From positions 19,904,001-19,968,000 of the forward strand of contig CM059432.1 in NCBI GenBank assembly GCA_030390025.1: 64,000 nt of DNA, read 5' to 3'. Position 1 is the first letter of the stretch. Every line of letters begins with the position of its first letter. The notes beneath the pieces were generated by a model that was given only the letters and a program-made list of their open reading frames with translations, had not been told where the DNA came from and searched no databases. Of this stretch, positions 1 to 12,665 are shown in pieces. The stretch comes from Squalus acanthias (taxonomy: Eukaryota). A program made the translations under genes and the position numbers.

Positions 1-429
1 ACCTAAATTGTTGTATGCCAAATACAATAGACGACTGCGTGTTTAATTACAGCTTCATGTCACAAAAATGTTGTATCATTTGCGCGTCACATCATCTCGG
101 TGAAATCAAGGCCTCGGTGTTCCAGCTCTTCTCCCCCCCACCTTCCCCCGGTGACAAATACTGTATTTAACCACATCAGGAGCAGCCAGAGAATTGGCCG
201 AGAATGCTGTTTCTTCTCAACTGTTCCTGTGCCAAAAATAAAATGACCAGAAAAATCTGGAATAACCCATCCGCCAAAAATAGAATGTGCAGGAAGTGAA
301 GTAGACATAAAGGTGTCATGTGCGCCCCATAAATTTACCCCCTTCCATCTTCTCTGCTGAAGATGCTGATTCATGCTGAGGCATTGTTCCACGGGTTGCC
401 AGCACTTTGACTAAATGGACAATATCTCG

Positions 430-582
430 CATAAGCCTGGATTGTGACCGATGGCTGTGGAGAGCATGACCAAAGAACCCAATGATATCCTCACCTGATA
501 TTTGTGCATACCCAGCAGGAGTCTCTGGATGGTGTGCAGGAGTGGGAATACTGGCTGATTTTTTTTAATGGCTCATAAGCAT
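430..582 (-). mobile_element. Old tRNA-derived SINE (AmnSINE2-like), 3' part, split by a CR1
   Basis: Reverse complement contains AAAATCAGCCAG...TCCAGAGACTCCTGCTGG; similar to copies at 11340 and 55880; continues at 2455. Confidence 0.55.
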
Positions 583-588
583 TGAGGC

Positions 589-2448
589 TACTGTTACTGT
601 ACAAGATAAGAGCGCACGAGGTTGGGGGTAATATATTGGCATGGATAGGGAAGTGGCTAACTAACAGAAAACAGAGAGTTGGGATAAATGGGTTATTTTC
701 CGGTTGGCAACCAGTAACTAGTGGGGTGCCAAAGGGATCAGTGCTGGGGCCTCAACTATTTACAATCTATATTAATGACTTGGATGAAGGGACCGAGTGT
801 ACTGTAGCCAAATTTGCTGATGATACAAAGATAGGTGGGTTAGCAAGTTGTGAGGAGGACACAAAGGGCTCGATTTTCCAAGCCCCGTGGAGGTGGGTTT
901 GGAGGCGGGAGTGGTGGGAAAATTGCAGATTCAGGGGGCACGTACCCATCCCGCCCCCAACCCGCCTCCATGCCAATGTCCCAGGAGGCGGGTACCCGAC
1001 CTGTGCTGGGAGCCGCCTCCCCGAGGCGGGAAGGGGATTAGTGCCAATTAACTGCCTGTTAACAGGTAGTTAACAGGCAGTTTTTTGGCTAATCCCTATT
1101 TTTAGCCCTGAAGTGTGGGCTGCCCGACGGCTCCAAACCACGGCAAGTTATCGAGGCGGACCGTCGGTCTGCAAGGCTTGGAGGGGTTGAGATGTCCAGT
1201 GTACAGGTGAGTGATGGGTGCATGAGTGCAGAGGTAAGTGCGTTTGGTGTGTGTAAAGTGTTTTAATAAGTTTTACTTACCTTTACTTTCTCCTCCAGGC
1301 TTCCTCCCTTCAGGTCTCGGGAGTCCCTCAGCTCACCGGCACAGAAAGCAGAATGGCCGCTGAGCTGTCAAAAGCTGCAGCCTTTGCTTTCTGGTCTGGA
1401 CAGCTCTCTAACTGAGTCTGAGTAGAAGGACTCAAGTTAGAAGACAGATTGTCAGTGTTTGACAGCTTCACAGAGCTGGGTTGGCCACAAATCGATGGAG
1501 GCGGGACTACAACTCAAAAAGTGGGAGTCCCGCCTCCATCACGTCCCCATTGACAAAATCCAGCCCAAAGAGTCTGCAAAGGGATATAGATAGGTTAAGC
1601 GAGTGGGCAAAAATTTGGCAGATGGAGTATAATGTGGGAAAATGTGAGATTATCCACTTTGGAAGGAAGAATAAAAAAGCAAATTATTATTTAAATGGTG
1701 TGAGACTACAAAATGCTGCGGTACAAAGGGATCTGGGGGTCCTAGTACATGAAACACAAAAAGTTAGCATGCAGGTAAGCAAGTAATTAGGAAGGCTAAT
1801 GGAATGTTGGCCATTATTGCAAGGGGTATGGAGTATAAAAGTAGGGAAGTTTTGATGCAACTTTACAGGGCGCTGGTGAGACCGCACCTGGAGTACTGCG
1901 TACAGTTTTGGTCTCCATATTTAAGGAAGGATATACTTGCATTGGAGACAGTGCAGAGAAGGTTCACAAGGTTGATTCCTGGGATGAAGGGGTTGACGTA
2001 TGACGAAAGGTTGAGCAGGTTGGGCCTATACTCATTGGAGTTTAGAAGAATGAGAGGTGATCTTATTGAAACATATAAGATTCTGAGGGGGATTGACAGG
2101 GTGGATGCTGAGAGGATGTTTCCCCTCGTGGGGGAATCTAGAACTAGGGGGCATAGTTTCAGAATAAGGGGTCGCCCATTTAAGACGGAGATGAGGAGGA
2201 ATTTCTTCTCTCAGAGGGTCGTGAATCTTTGGAATTCTCTACCCCAGAGAGCTGTGGAGTCAGAGTCACTGAATATATTCAAGGCTGAGATAGACAGACA
2301 TTTGAACTACAAGGGAGTCAAGGGGTATGGGGAGAGAGCGGGAACGTGGTGTTGAGGCCAAGATTGGATCAGCCATGATCTTATTGAATGGCGGAGCAGG
2401 CTCGAGGGGCCGATCGGCCTACTCCTGCTCCTGTTTCTTATGTTCTTA
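589..2448 (+). mobile_element. 5'-truncated CR1 LINE (RT C-terminus and 3' UTR), interrupted by a MITE
   Basis: [26 protein letters not shown] and WNSLP motifs; TTCTTATG tail; TSD TGAGGC at 583-588 and 2449-2454. Confidence 0.93.
866..1566. mobile_element. PIF/Harbinger-type non-autonomous DNA transposon (701 bp)
   Basis: TIRs GGGCTCGATTTT / AAAATCCAGCCC; 3-bp TSD AAA; removing it restores CR1 EEDTKSLQRDIDRL; related copy at 59515-60290. Confidence 0.88.
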
Positions 2449-2454
2449 TGAGGC

Positions 2455-2610
2455 AAATTGAAGCACCCCAACTTGAGTGGCCCACCTCAACTGTTGGCCA
2501 GGCTGAGATCAGCTTAAGCTCAACACCTACCGCAAACGAAACCTGGGACCATCCTGATCTTTATGGTTCAGTATCACAATGAGTCGTCCCTTTAACCACT
2601 GGGTCACACT
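2455..2610 (-). mobile_element. Old tRNA-derived SINE (AmnSINE2-like), 5' part
   Basis: GGCTGAGATCAGCT motif (reverse complement AGCTGATCTCAGCC); joins 430-582 across the CR1 TSD TGAGGC. Confidence 0.55.
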
Positions 2611-2782
2611 TGGGCAGCCTGCCTCACATTTATACCAGGCAATTACACCAAGACCGTAGCATGCTGCAATATAACAAGAAATCAAGTACTAAAACAGGGG
2701 CAATTCAGACCCAGTATCTAAAACACTACAAACTAGCTATTAGCATTTGTTTCATTTAATATCAATACGCATTAGGTGAAAT

Positions 2783-2942
2783 CCAATCGCAAAATACTGC
2801 GGATGCTGGAAGTCTGAAATAACCACAGAAAATGCTGGCAACACTCAGCAGGTCAGGCAGCATCTGCGGAGAGAGAAGCAGTTCCTCTCTCCACGGATGC
2901 TGCCTGACCTGCTGAGTGTTTCCAGCATTTTCTGTGGTTATT
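2783..2942. mobile_element. Palindromic Penelope-like terminal-repeat insertion
   Basis: Inverted arms of ~60 bp (AATAACCACAGAAAATGCTGG... / ...CCAGCATTTTCTGTGGTTATT); TSD GCATTAG(G)TGAAAT; same repeat terminates the GIY-YIG element at 31776-35873. Confidence 0.8.
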
Positions 2943-3170
2943 GCATTAGTGAAATGATTGAACTGACAGGGCTCTGGAAACAAAGTGTCTCTCTTCAAAT
3001 CTGTTCAGTTACTTCTCCTCCCTCAATCAGATGGCAAACTGCTACATCTGATTCAGCCGATGGCCCTCATGCCCCTCTCCAATTATGCAGTCAGATTGCC
3101 ATCTCTATTAAAGTACCAGGAAATAAAAAAATTTTTAAATTTCAACTTCAAAAATGACTACAACAAAGCA

Positions 3171-3345
3171 TGATGTGGAGATGTAGGGAAAGATTTGAAT
3201 AGATTTTGTCTGTGTTTAAATTGTGAATTCTGGGAGATTCTCTCACTGCTAACTTACGTGAGGAAGGAGCGACAGCTCCGAAAGCTTGTAAAATTAAATA
3301 AATCTGTTGGACTATAACCTGGTGTTGTGCGACTTCTCATTTTTG
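3171..3345 (+). mobile_element. Penelope-like 3' fragment with a degenerate hammerhead motif
   Basis: 12-bp TSD TACAACAAAGCA (3159-3170, 3346-3357); near-identical to the 3' end of the GIY-YIG-bearing copy at 38727-39186. Confidence 0.85.
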
Positions 3346-3759
3346 TACAACAAAGCACACAGCAATATTCTGTGTCGCCAGTTGCTGTGGGCTCTCAGTG
3401 CTGTTGGCTAACGTGCTGCAATTGGGGTTTGAAGCTGGCAAGTCACTTGGTGACAGCTTGCATTACAGAGTGAGAGAGACTAGGCCTGTTACAAGGAACT
3501 TTTAAATGATTAAGCTAACCCGATATGAATGCAGAATGGGATGAATGCTCTCCTCTTTTAGCTTTCTGCAAGTCATAGACCGGAGAGACAGAATACAAAC
3601 AACAACTTGATAGATTGCATTTAAATGCCATGGATATAAAACCTCTCATCTCGTGGATGAGTTATTCCACATCTGTCTCCCCCTGTTACGATGTCAAGCA
3701 GTTTACAAAAATAAAATGTTAAATTTGTTATTTTATCATGCTGTACGCAGGAGTGTTGC

Positions 3760-4835
3760 ATAGGAACAGCAGTAGGCCATTCAGAACCCTTCTTCGCTGA
3801 TCTGTACCTCAACTCCATTTACCCACCTTCTCTCCACATCACCTTGATTACCCGTACCTGACACGAATCTATTGATCTCAGTCTGCAGCGTTTCAATTGA
3901 CCCAGCATTCACAGATCTTTTTGGGGAGCAAGTTCCAGATTTCCACTACCCTTTGTGTGAAAAAGTGCGTCCCTCAATCATTTTAACCATGTCAATTAGA
4001 TCACCCCTCAACCTTCGACAAACCACGTTCATGCGGCTTTCCTCATATTTTAACCCTTTTCATCCCCGGTACCATTCTGGAGAATCAGCGCTATACCCAC
4101 TCCAAGGTCAATCTATCTTTCCTGAGGTGCAGAGCCCAAAACTGAACATAGTAGTCCAGATGGGGTCTGACCAAGGCTATAGAACTGAAGCATCACTTCC
4201 TCATTTTTGTATCCCAGCCTCCTTGAGATCAAGGCCAACATTCCATTAGCCTTTTTGATTTCTTTTTGTACCTGTGCACTAGCTTTTCCTTATTTCTGTA
4301 CGTGGACACTTAAATCCCTTCACTCCTCCACAGCTCCTAGTCTCTCACCATTGAGAAAATGTTTTGATTTGTCTTTCTTGGATCCAGATTGAATGACCTT
4401 ACACTTACCCACTTTGAACTCCATCTGCCATAGTTTTCACACTCACTAAGGCTGTCTATATCCCTTTGTAACTTCCTGCTCCCATGTACACAACCTGGTG
4501 TGTCTCCCAACTTAGTGTCATCTACAAACTTGGATATACAACGCTCCACTCACACTTCCAAGTCATTAATATATGGTGAAAAGCTGAGGCCCCAGTACAA
4601 ATCCCTGGGGAACACCACTTGTGACATCCCTCCAATCATGGAACATTCTCTTTATCTGTACTCTCTGTCTCCTGCTTCACAATCCATTACCAACCCATGT
4701 CATAAACCTACCTCCAATTCTGTGCACTTTCATTTTTGCCAATAATCTCTTGTGCAGAAACTTACCAAATACCTAGAAAAGTCAATTAGTTTAGACAGAC
4801 ATGACCTACCCTTCACAAATGTATGCTGACACTCT
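3760..4835 (-). mobile_element. Degenerate CR1 LINE
   Basis: ISKFVDDTKLG and KLQRDIDSLSE remnants; CR1 3' UTR at the left end; many frameshifts. Confidence 0.8.
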
Positions 4836-5396
4836 TTGGTCAGATCATACTTGACCAAGTGCAGCAGTGTAAAACACAGCACATTGACATATAATATAGA
4901 CACTGGTATTTTAACTCAGTATGACAACCCAGTGAAAAACAGTACTATAAGTAGGATACCACACAGTGTACAGTATTACAGCCACGCAAATGACCTCCCT
5001 TGCCATTGCTCATACACAAAAGTAAAACTAAACCTTTTCTGTCTGCTTGTTTGTTTCATACTCTAATTCTTTCTGTCTATCTTTTTTGTCTTCTATTTCT
5101 CTGGAGTAAACTTCTGTTATGACTAGATTGAGCAGGCACTACTAACAAGCAGTGGTTAATCTGCTAGCATGGGTCCTGCACGTGGTATTTTTGAGGGCAT
5201 TCAGAGTAATAACTATAATGGATTGCTGAGAACTAGATGTGCAACTGCACTGAATAAATATAACATTTTTAACATTGTGCTAAATGTAACATATTTTTAA
5301 TGTTGTGGTAAATTATCTTCAGTTAGTATTAAAATCACCAGAAGGTATTTATAACATTCTTATCAGAAACACGCTAACAGGCAAGAAGGACACTAT

Positions 5397-6168
5397 GGGC
5401 TGGATTTTGATACTGGGGCGGGTTGGGGTCGTGTCATCCGCATTTCGTGTTATCCACCCGACTGCATTTGGATGTGGGAGATTGATGCAATTTTCACTTA
5501 ATTGGGCAATTGAGTTCCAGCATATGGGAACCCATGAACCAATTAGTGGTTTCAGTCTAAAAGTCGCCTCTGATGATGTCATCATTGCTGCTGCATTGCA
5601 GGTCAGGTCAGAGACTGCCTGGCTTTTGCTGTGAGAGGACCTGGATGCAAAATGAGCAGCAGCAGCGAGAGAGAGAGAGAGAGAGCAATAGAGAGAGAGA
5701 GAGAGAGAGCGAGCAATAGAGAGAGAGAATGAATTTTTTTTGCATCCAGGTCCTCTCACAGCAAAGGCCAGGCAGTCTCTGAAGACATTCAATGCAGCAG
5801 CATCAGAGGCGACTACTGCTACCTTCATCACATCTCCGTTGTAATAGTGGACCTGCAGCTGATAGTCAGCTATCCACTTGTGCTCCCACCAGGTTTCACT
5901 GGCGTGTTTCAGATCAGGCGTGCTTCACGTGGGAAAAGGGTTAAACTAGCTAAAACATTTCAAAATGGCATTACAGAGCCAATTCAGGGCTTGTTAAGGG
6001 CTTTAATGGCCTCTCTCGCCTCTTGGAGACGGGACCACCGCACACGATTTCATCAAAATTGCGTGGAGGCGGAATGGAGGCGGGATCGGGTCCGCCCGCC
6101 ACTTTTCGCAATTTTAACCCCCCACACACCTCCAAACCCGCCTCCACGGGTCTATGAAAATCCAGCCC
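5397..6168. mobile_element. Harbinger-type MITE (772 bp) with internal (GA)n
   Basis: Perfect TIRs GGGCTGGATTTT / AAAATCCAGCCC; TSD TAT/TAT; second copy at 62503-63208. Confidence 0.9.
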
Positions 6169-6171
6169 TAT

Positions 6172-6660
6172 ATGTCCAAGTCAGCATGATGTATAACTTG
6201 GAGGGGAACTTGGAGGTCATGGTGCTTCCAATCTACTGCTGCCCTTGTTCTTCTTGGTGGGAGAGGTTGTGGAGCTGGGAGGTGCTGCCCAAGTTTGTTT
6301 GGTGCGTTCCTTTAGTGCATCCTGTAGATGGTACCCGAGTACCAATTGCAGTCACTGTGTGCCAGTGACAGGAGCACTGATTGAGGTGTGAAGCTTCTGG
6401 AGTGTTTTTGCCATTACAGCCCTTCAGCCAAGTGATGAGTATTCCATCACATCCCTTCCATGAACTTTGTAGATGGTAGAGAAGCTTTGAGGAATCAGAG
6501 GTAAGCCGCCTGTCACAGAGTGTTCTCTGCCCTACTCTTGCAGCCGCAATGTTGATACGGTTGGCCAAGTTAAATTTCTGGTTAATGGTGACCCGCTGGA
6601 CATTGATGACATTGATGTTGGGGGTCTCAGTGCTTACTGTGCCATTCAAGGTTCAGGGGG
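6172..6660 (-). mobile_element. Old non-LTR retrotransposon fragment (same family as 20308-20620)
   Basis: ACTTGGAGGGGAACTTGGAGGT motif is the reverse complement of the family core at 20390-20410. Confidence 0.65.
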
Positions 6661-6785
6661 AGTGGGTTACTTATATATAGATCTATGCGTTTCCTATGCT
6701 TCCCTTTCAGTTTGGCACAGCTGGGAATATTCTCACCTCCAAGTCAAAAGGCTGTGGCTTTCCCACTCCAGAACCTGAGCACATT

Positions 6786-7543
6786 TGTCCAAAATTTGCT
6801 GTTAAAATAACAGTGAAGCTAATAGCCTTCACCATTATTTTTGTGAAAATGCCACAGCAACTTCAGATGAGAGCAGATGCGCGATTAAATGCAGAAATCG
6901 AGAAGCTGTTGTCGGAGATGTGCCGCTCCGCCATTAGCATCGCAAAAACGGCATCTTGCTGCCTGGCTCCCTATTCAAATGCATTGAGCAGCGTTAAGTT
7001 CCTGTACTTGCGTGGAAGATATGAAGCAAACTCGCCACGGAAAGTTAAGTCAAGTCATTTCAAATCTAAGTACTCTTTTAACAATGTGATAAGTGTTAAT
7101 TACTGCCAGTCAACCACTCTGCCACTGGAAATTAACTATTACAAGCGTGGAGTCTCATTCCTTCAGGTTTCAATGGTTGTTGGAGTTTTTTCTTAAATTA
7201 ATGTTTTTTAAAACTTTTTCTTTCTCTCTTTTTTCTCTCTCTCTTAATCCAATCTTTTTTTATTTCTCTTTCTGTACCTGATTTGACATTGAATTCACCA
7301 TTCTAACTTACACTTCCTTCTCAGTCCTTGTGCTGTTAATTTCACAGTGCTTTAATCTGATTGGTTAAGGAGAAACACAGTTGCTTGCCCTGCACTCAGA
7401 TCCCAGATGCCCTGTAGAGGGCGCCACACCATTTCCATCTCGCACTTCCAGCAACTTGCAGAGCAAATTATCGCTGACATTAAACGGGCAAGGGCAACTT
7501 TAACTAACAGCGTTAGTTGCCCTGCCACAGGAAATTTTGCGCC
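6786..7543. mobile_element. Harbinger-type MITE inserted into a tRNA/Deu SINE
   Basis: TIR-like ends TGTCCAAAATTTGCTG / CAGGAAATTTTGCGCC; flanks rejoin as SINE GAGCACA(T)...ATCTAGGCTGACAC. Confidence 0.72.
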
Positions 7544-8351
7544 AATATCTAGGCTGACACTCTAGCAAAGCACTGAGGGAATGTGGCAATGTTGGACAGG
7601 CCATCCTTTGGATTGGATATTAGGTAGATGCAAGTTACAAAATTGGGGATTTCCATTCAATGAAAACTGATTGTAATGCTCAGTTGCTAACCTGGCTTGT
7701 CTCTTTAAAGTAAGGATGTCATTGAGCAAATTGGTACCGACATAAGTATTGTGACGAATGGAGGGCTAAAGGCTAGACAGTTGTGAGTCCGAAAGTGTTG
7801 TTGTAAGTGACTTGGGGGAGAAGTTATTTTTTTGCTCACCCCTTTTTCAGATACATTGTACACCATCCAACTCCATTACAGAGACATTCGCTCCTCCTCC
7901 AACCTTTGCAATCCACACTGGCACTTTGTTCCCTTGTCCCTTCATTTTACCTTGACACTCTTCTTCCATCCATTGTTCAAGTTGACGCTATTCTCTCTCT
8001 CCCCTCACCTAATTCAACCTGGCTCTCAGACCTGAGGAGGGTCCCGGTACAAGCTCCCACACGGCTTTGCAGGTGGCTCATGTACAATGCAGCAGGGATA
8101 TTGCCTGCTTCATTATTTACATATGACCAATGAGCCTGCGTCTATTGCATGCTTGAGCCCAGCCCCATATTCCACATCTCCCTATGTAACAAGTCTCTGC
8201 TCCCTTTATCCAATCATTTTCACCCAGGGATTGGGCGTTCACTGGGAGCAAAGATTAGGAAAAATTAGGCCCTCTGTCTTGGGCTCAGTCCAAAGAGACA
8301 ATGGAGAACAAATGTGGCACAAATGTGGAGAGAGATTGACATGTTTCAAAT

Positions 8352-9590
8352 CATAGGATTACATTACATAGGATATATGACACAGAAACAGGCCATTTGG
8401 TCCAACCAGTCCATGCCGGTGTTTATGCTCCACTTGAGACCCCTCCCGTCTTGCCTCATCTAAATCTATCAGCATAACCCTCTATTCTCTTCTCCCTCAT
8501 ATGTTTGTCCAGCCTCCCCTTAAATGCATCCCTACTATTCGCTTCAACCACTCCCTGTGGTAGCGAGTTCCACATTCTCACCACTCTTTGGGTAAAGAAG
8601 TTTCTTCTGAATTCCCTATTGGATTTCTTGGTGACTATCTTATATTGATGGCCTCTAGTTATGCTCTTCCCCACAAGTGGAAACATTCTCTCTGTATCCA
8701 CTCAATCAAAATCTTTTATAATTTTAAAGACCTCTATTAGGTCACCCCTCAGCCTTCTTTTTTCAAGAGAAAGGAGACCCAGCCTGTTCATCCTTTCCTG
8801 ATATGTATACCCTCGCATTTCTGGTATCATCCTTGCAAATCTTCTCTACACCCTCTCCAGTGCCTCTATATTCTTTTTATAATATGGCGACCAGAACTGT
8901 ACACAGTACTCCAAGTGTGGTCTAACCAAGGTTCGATACAGGTTTAGCATAACCTCCCTACTTTCCAATAATATCCCTCTAGAAATAAACCCTAGTGCTT
9001 GGTTTGCATTTTTAATGGTCTTGCTAACCTGCGTCACAACTTTTAGTGATTTGTGTATTTGTACTCCGAGATCCCTTTGTTCCTCTACCCCACCTAGACT
9101 CGCACCCTCCAAGTAATAAGTGACCTCCGTATTCTTCCTACCAAAATATAATACCTCACATTTGTCTGTGTTGAACTTCATTTTGCCAATTATATGCCCA
9201 TTCTGCAAATTTATTAATGTCCTTCTGTAATTTGTTGCAGTCCTCCTCAGTATTGACTATCCCCCCCAATTTGGTATCATCCGCAAATTTAGAAATTGTG
9301 TTTTTGATTCCAAAGTCTAAATCGTTAATATAAATTGTGAACAGCAGTGGTCCCCAGCACTGATCCTTGTGGAACACCACTACCCACCTTCTGCCACTGT
9401 GAATAGCTACCCTTTACTCCCACTCTCTGCTTTCTGTCTTGAACCCAGCTAGCTATCCATTCTGCTACTTGTCCCCTGACTCTGCATTCTCTGACCTTAT
9501 TCATTAGTCTATTATGGGGTACCTTATCGAAGGCCTTTTGAAAATCTAGATAAATTACATCTACTGCATTATGATTGTCTACTCTCTGAC
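8352..9590 (-). mobile_element. 5'-truncated CR1 LINE
   Basis: [31 protein letters not shown] and WNSLP in several frames; same subfamily as 36616, 46790 and 56144. Confidence 0.92.
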
Positions 9591-10128
9591 CCATATACTG
9601 AAGTGAGGTACAATCATTTTAAATCATTTGCTTTTAACAAGCAAAATTGTTGCGTAGACCATGAAGTAAGAGAGCGGGTAAACTCTGGGACTATGAATGC
9701 GTAAACCAAGATGAATGCTTGTTAATTACAGTATTATTATTCTTGGGAATTCAGTTTTGAGATAATCCTACTTTAAAGGTATGCCCCAGAACACAATAAT
9801 TACTTGCCTCGTAGTGCAGATGAAGGGTTGAGGGGATCCCCTTCCAGTGCAGTCGTGTAGTTCACTTTCAGGTCAATTGGTAGAACTCTTGCCTCGGAGT
9901 CAAAAGTCCACAGGTTATAACCCCACACCAGGACTTGATCATGTAAACCTGGCTGACACTTCAGCGCAGTACTGGGCAAATGCCGCATTGCTGAATGAAT
10001 CATCCTTCATTTGAGACATTAAACAAGGCCCAGTAGTTCAGGTGGTCGCTAAAGATCCCATGGCACTATTCAAAGAAAAGCAGACGTTCTCCTGGCCAAT
10101 AGTGCGCCCTCAACCAACTCCATCAGAA

Positions 10129-10216
10129 GTGAGAAGTCGCACAACACCAGGTTATAGTCCAACAGCTTTATTTGAAATCACAAGCTTTCGGAGCGCTGCT
10201 CCTTCATCAGGTGAAG
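10129..10216 (-). mobile_element. 88-bp Penelope-like mini-insertion
   Basis: 10-bp TSD TCCATCAGAA (10119-10128, 10217-10226); tail TGTTGGACTATAACCTGGTGTTGTGCGACTTCTCA shared with the 3171 and 38727 copies. Confidence 0.88.
10178..10214 (-). ncRNA. Minimal type-I hammerhead ribozyme motif (intact core)
   Basis: Minus strand TCAC-CTGATGA-A-GGAGC-AGC-GCTCC-GAAA-GCTT-GTGA: stem I TCAC/GTGA, CUGANGA, 5-bp stem II, GAAA, palindromic AGCU stem III, predicted cleavage triplet CUU. Confidence 0.78.
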
Positions 10217-11339
10217 TCCATCAGAAACAGATTAACTGGCCATTTGTCTCATTACTGTTTGTGGGATTTTGCAGTGCGCACATCAAAGCAATTCACTGTA
10301 TGTGAAGTGGCGAGAGATGTGATAAGGCCATATAAATGAGGTGTTTCCTTTTTCTCTTTCTAGTTAGTGTTGAATAGTTTAGTCAGGTTGCATACAATTT
10401 TGAAAAAAAAATTCAAGTCACCGTTTGATAAAGTATTCCAAATTCTGAGTGAAGACTAAAAGAAAGCAGAAGATAATCTGCAATCAGTCTTCAAACAGAC
10501 TAAAGCTACTGAAACTAGACTTGAAGCTCCTCTGAAATGGATGAACATAAGGCTGCACGGGGGAGCTCTGTAACTAGGATTACGTGGGATTATGTCAACA
10601 ATTAATTACTTTAAAAGATGGAGCTGCCATCTGTCTTAAGGTAAATATTTATCAATCGTATCACTCACTTCCATCCTTCTTTAAAGAGTTAAGCTGTACA
10701 TCCAAGAGCTGACAGCACAAGAGTGGAGCCACACCGCGAGTTTTGTTTATTTTGATATCCAGCTAATTTCACGGCAAATCTTTCTCTTCTGACATGAATC
10801 ATATCCTTTCACATGTGGCAGTAAATCAGTGAATCGGAAGCGGGTGGCGGTAGCAGTTGTGTTGTGACACGGAGCTGTAATGTGTTTTAAGAATAATGGT
10901 TCCTATTACTACTGTCAGGGACTAAAACGCCACTCTTCAATCTCCGCCTTCACAACCAGCCAGGTACAAACATAAGCTCGGTTGATGAAGGAAATAGTGT
11001 TCCACATGTTGCAGTGGGTCGTTTGTTAGTAGTGAGGTGTGAGATGAACTTTTTTTTTCAATGCATTCCTTTTCTGCGGATGCGCGCTGGTCACAATGAG
11101 GAATAACCCTGCTGGGCAAGGAACACAATTTCTCCACTTTGTAGCCAGTCAGAGCAGCCAAGCAAGACCCACGTCACATGCGAGACGGGCCAGAAAATAT
11201 ATAGGCCGTCTGCCATGATCCTACTCCCAGGTCAGCACCGCCAACTGTATTAAGGCCACACTTCCATTCCCCACTATTTAGCATTCTAAATTTAATAACA
11301 CACGCATCAATTGCTAGCATTAACAGTTGGCAAGTATAC

Positions 11340-11460
11340 TTCCTGGTGTGGCACTGATAAAAACAAGCCAGGAACGTCGCAGATTCAATTCCCAGTCTGT
11401 GCCGAGTTAGCTGACCTCACCTGGGGAGACAGTAGGGGCGCTTTATTTAGCCTCAGGTTA
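11340..11460 (+). mobile_element. AmnSINE2-like SINE fragment
   Basis: GTCTGTGCCGAGTTAGCTGACCTCA...AGTAGGGGCGCT motif. Confidence 0.55.
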
Positions 11461-12059
11461 AGGAGATGACTAGATGCTTTTCCAGTGAGAGAAGAGATGA
11501 AGGAATATGGTACGAAGGCAGGTAGTTAGGGCTGAGATCAATCAAAAAACGGCAGACTTGTTAAGCCTCTTCCTAAAAATTGTTAGGTTCTTATTAATTG
11601 TCTTCCTAATATAGTGAAATTCTAGCTATGGTGAGCTGTTTTCATGGCAAATATGAATTCACTACAAAAGGTTCTGAATAGTTCAATACAACACTGAAAT
11701 GTGTGATTATTTGAATTAGTTTCTGGTTTGCAACTGCTCAGATTGCTTTCACTTGCATGGCAGAGGAGGGGAGTTCTTCTTTATGCGCTATTTCTGTCCT
11801 TTTTAAATCTTCTCCCATAATTCTAAGAGACCCATCAAAAAGAGAAGACGGCTTGAACAACAGGAATGAGTAAGGTGGGCCGAATGTCCTCTTCTCAAAC
11901 TTTCAATTAATTAATGGTCAAAATCCATGAGAAATGCTTTCTTTTCAAAATATGACTATACCCCTAGCATCTGCCTGAAATAAATATAGTCCTAAATATA
12001 TACAGCATCTGTTAGAAAATATTATCTATGTAGCAGTCTCTCAGAGAGCCACAATTTTT

Positions 12060-12385
12060 GTCTTAATCCCTTCTCTGCTCTGAACTCTCCCTCTTTGTAA
12101 CATCCCCCTAGCTCTGCACACCACCATCTCTCTGTTCACTGTCCCTCTCTCTCCCCAAATGCTCTCAGCTCTCTATTTATCGGCAGTCTCTCTATGTGTT
12201 GTTAACTCTATCCCTTTCTGTCTGTACTGTCCCTCAGCTCTGTAGTGTGCTGTCAGCTCTCTCTGCCTACAGTGTGTCTCTCTCTTCCACGCACGCTGTC
12301 CGTTTTCTATCTAGCCGCAGTATCGCTCTCTTCCTGTTTGCTGTCGGTTCTCCTTTCGACCTCTGGAGTGATCCTCTCCTTTTGC
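12060..12385. repeat. CT-rich low-complexity tract
   Basis: Dense CTCT/TCTC repeats. Confidence 0.6.
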
Positions 12386-12665
12386 CAGAAATACATACAA
12401 TAGTCTGAGTATGTCATTGGCAGTGTTGTTTCCTGGAATGGGGGTGGAGGGGGGCGGTGTCAAAGGTCAAAGGTTAGTCATGAGGTGCTCTTTGTTTAGT
12501 TGAGAAGCCTTGGTTGAATGAGGAGTTGAAGGCCCAGAGAGCAGGAGAGAACCAAGGATTAGAAGGGCAGGGGAAAAGACCAAGTATATATCACTGCCAT
12601 AATATTGTTCTCCAGCTATAAAGGTTGTAACATCGTGTGCCACCCAATCCCTTTGCAGAAAAATT

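Larger units (their letters stand above)
9868..10360 (+). mobile_element. tRNA-derived DeuSINE (SacSINE1/AmnSINE1-like), interrupted by a mini Penelope insertion
   Basis: Degenerate A/B boxes; Deu core AAAGATCCCATGGCACTATT; matches the complete copy at 26385-26776. Confidence 0.75.
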
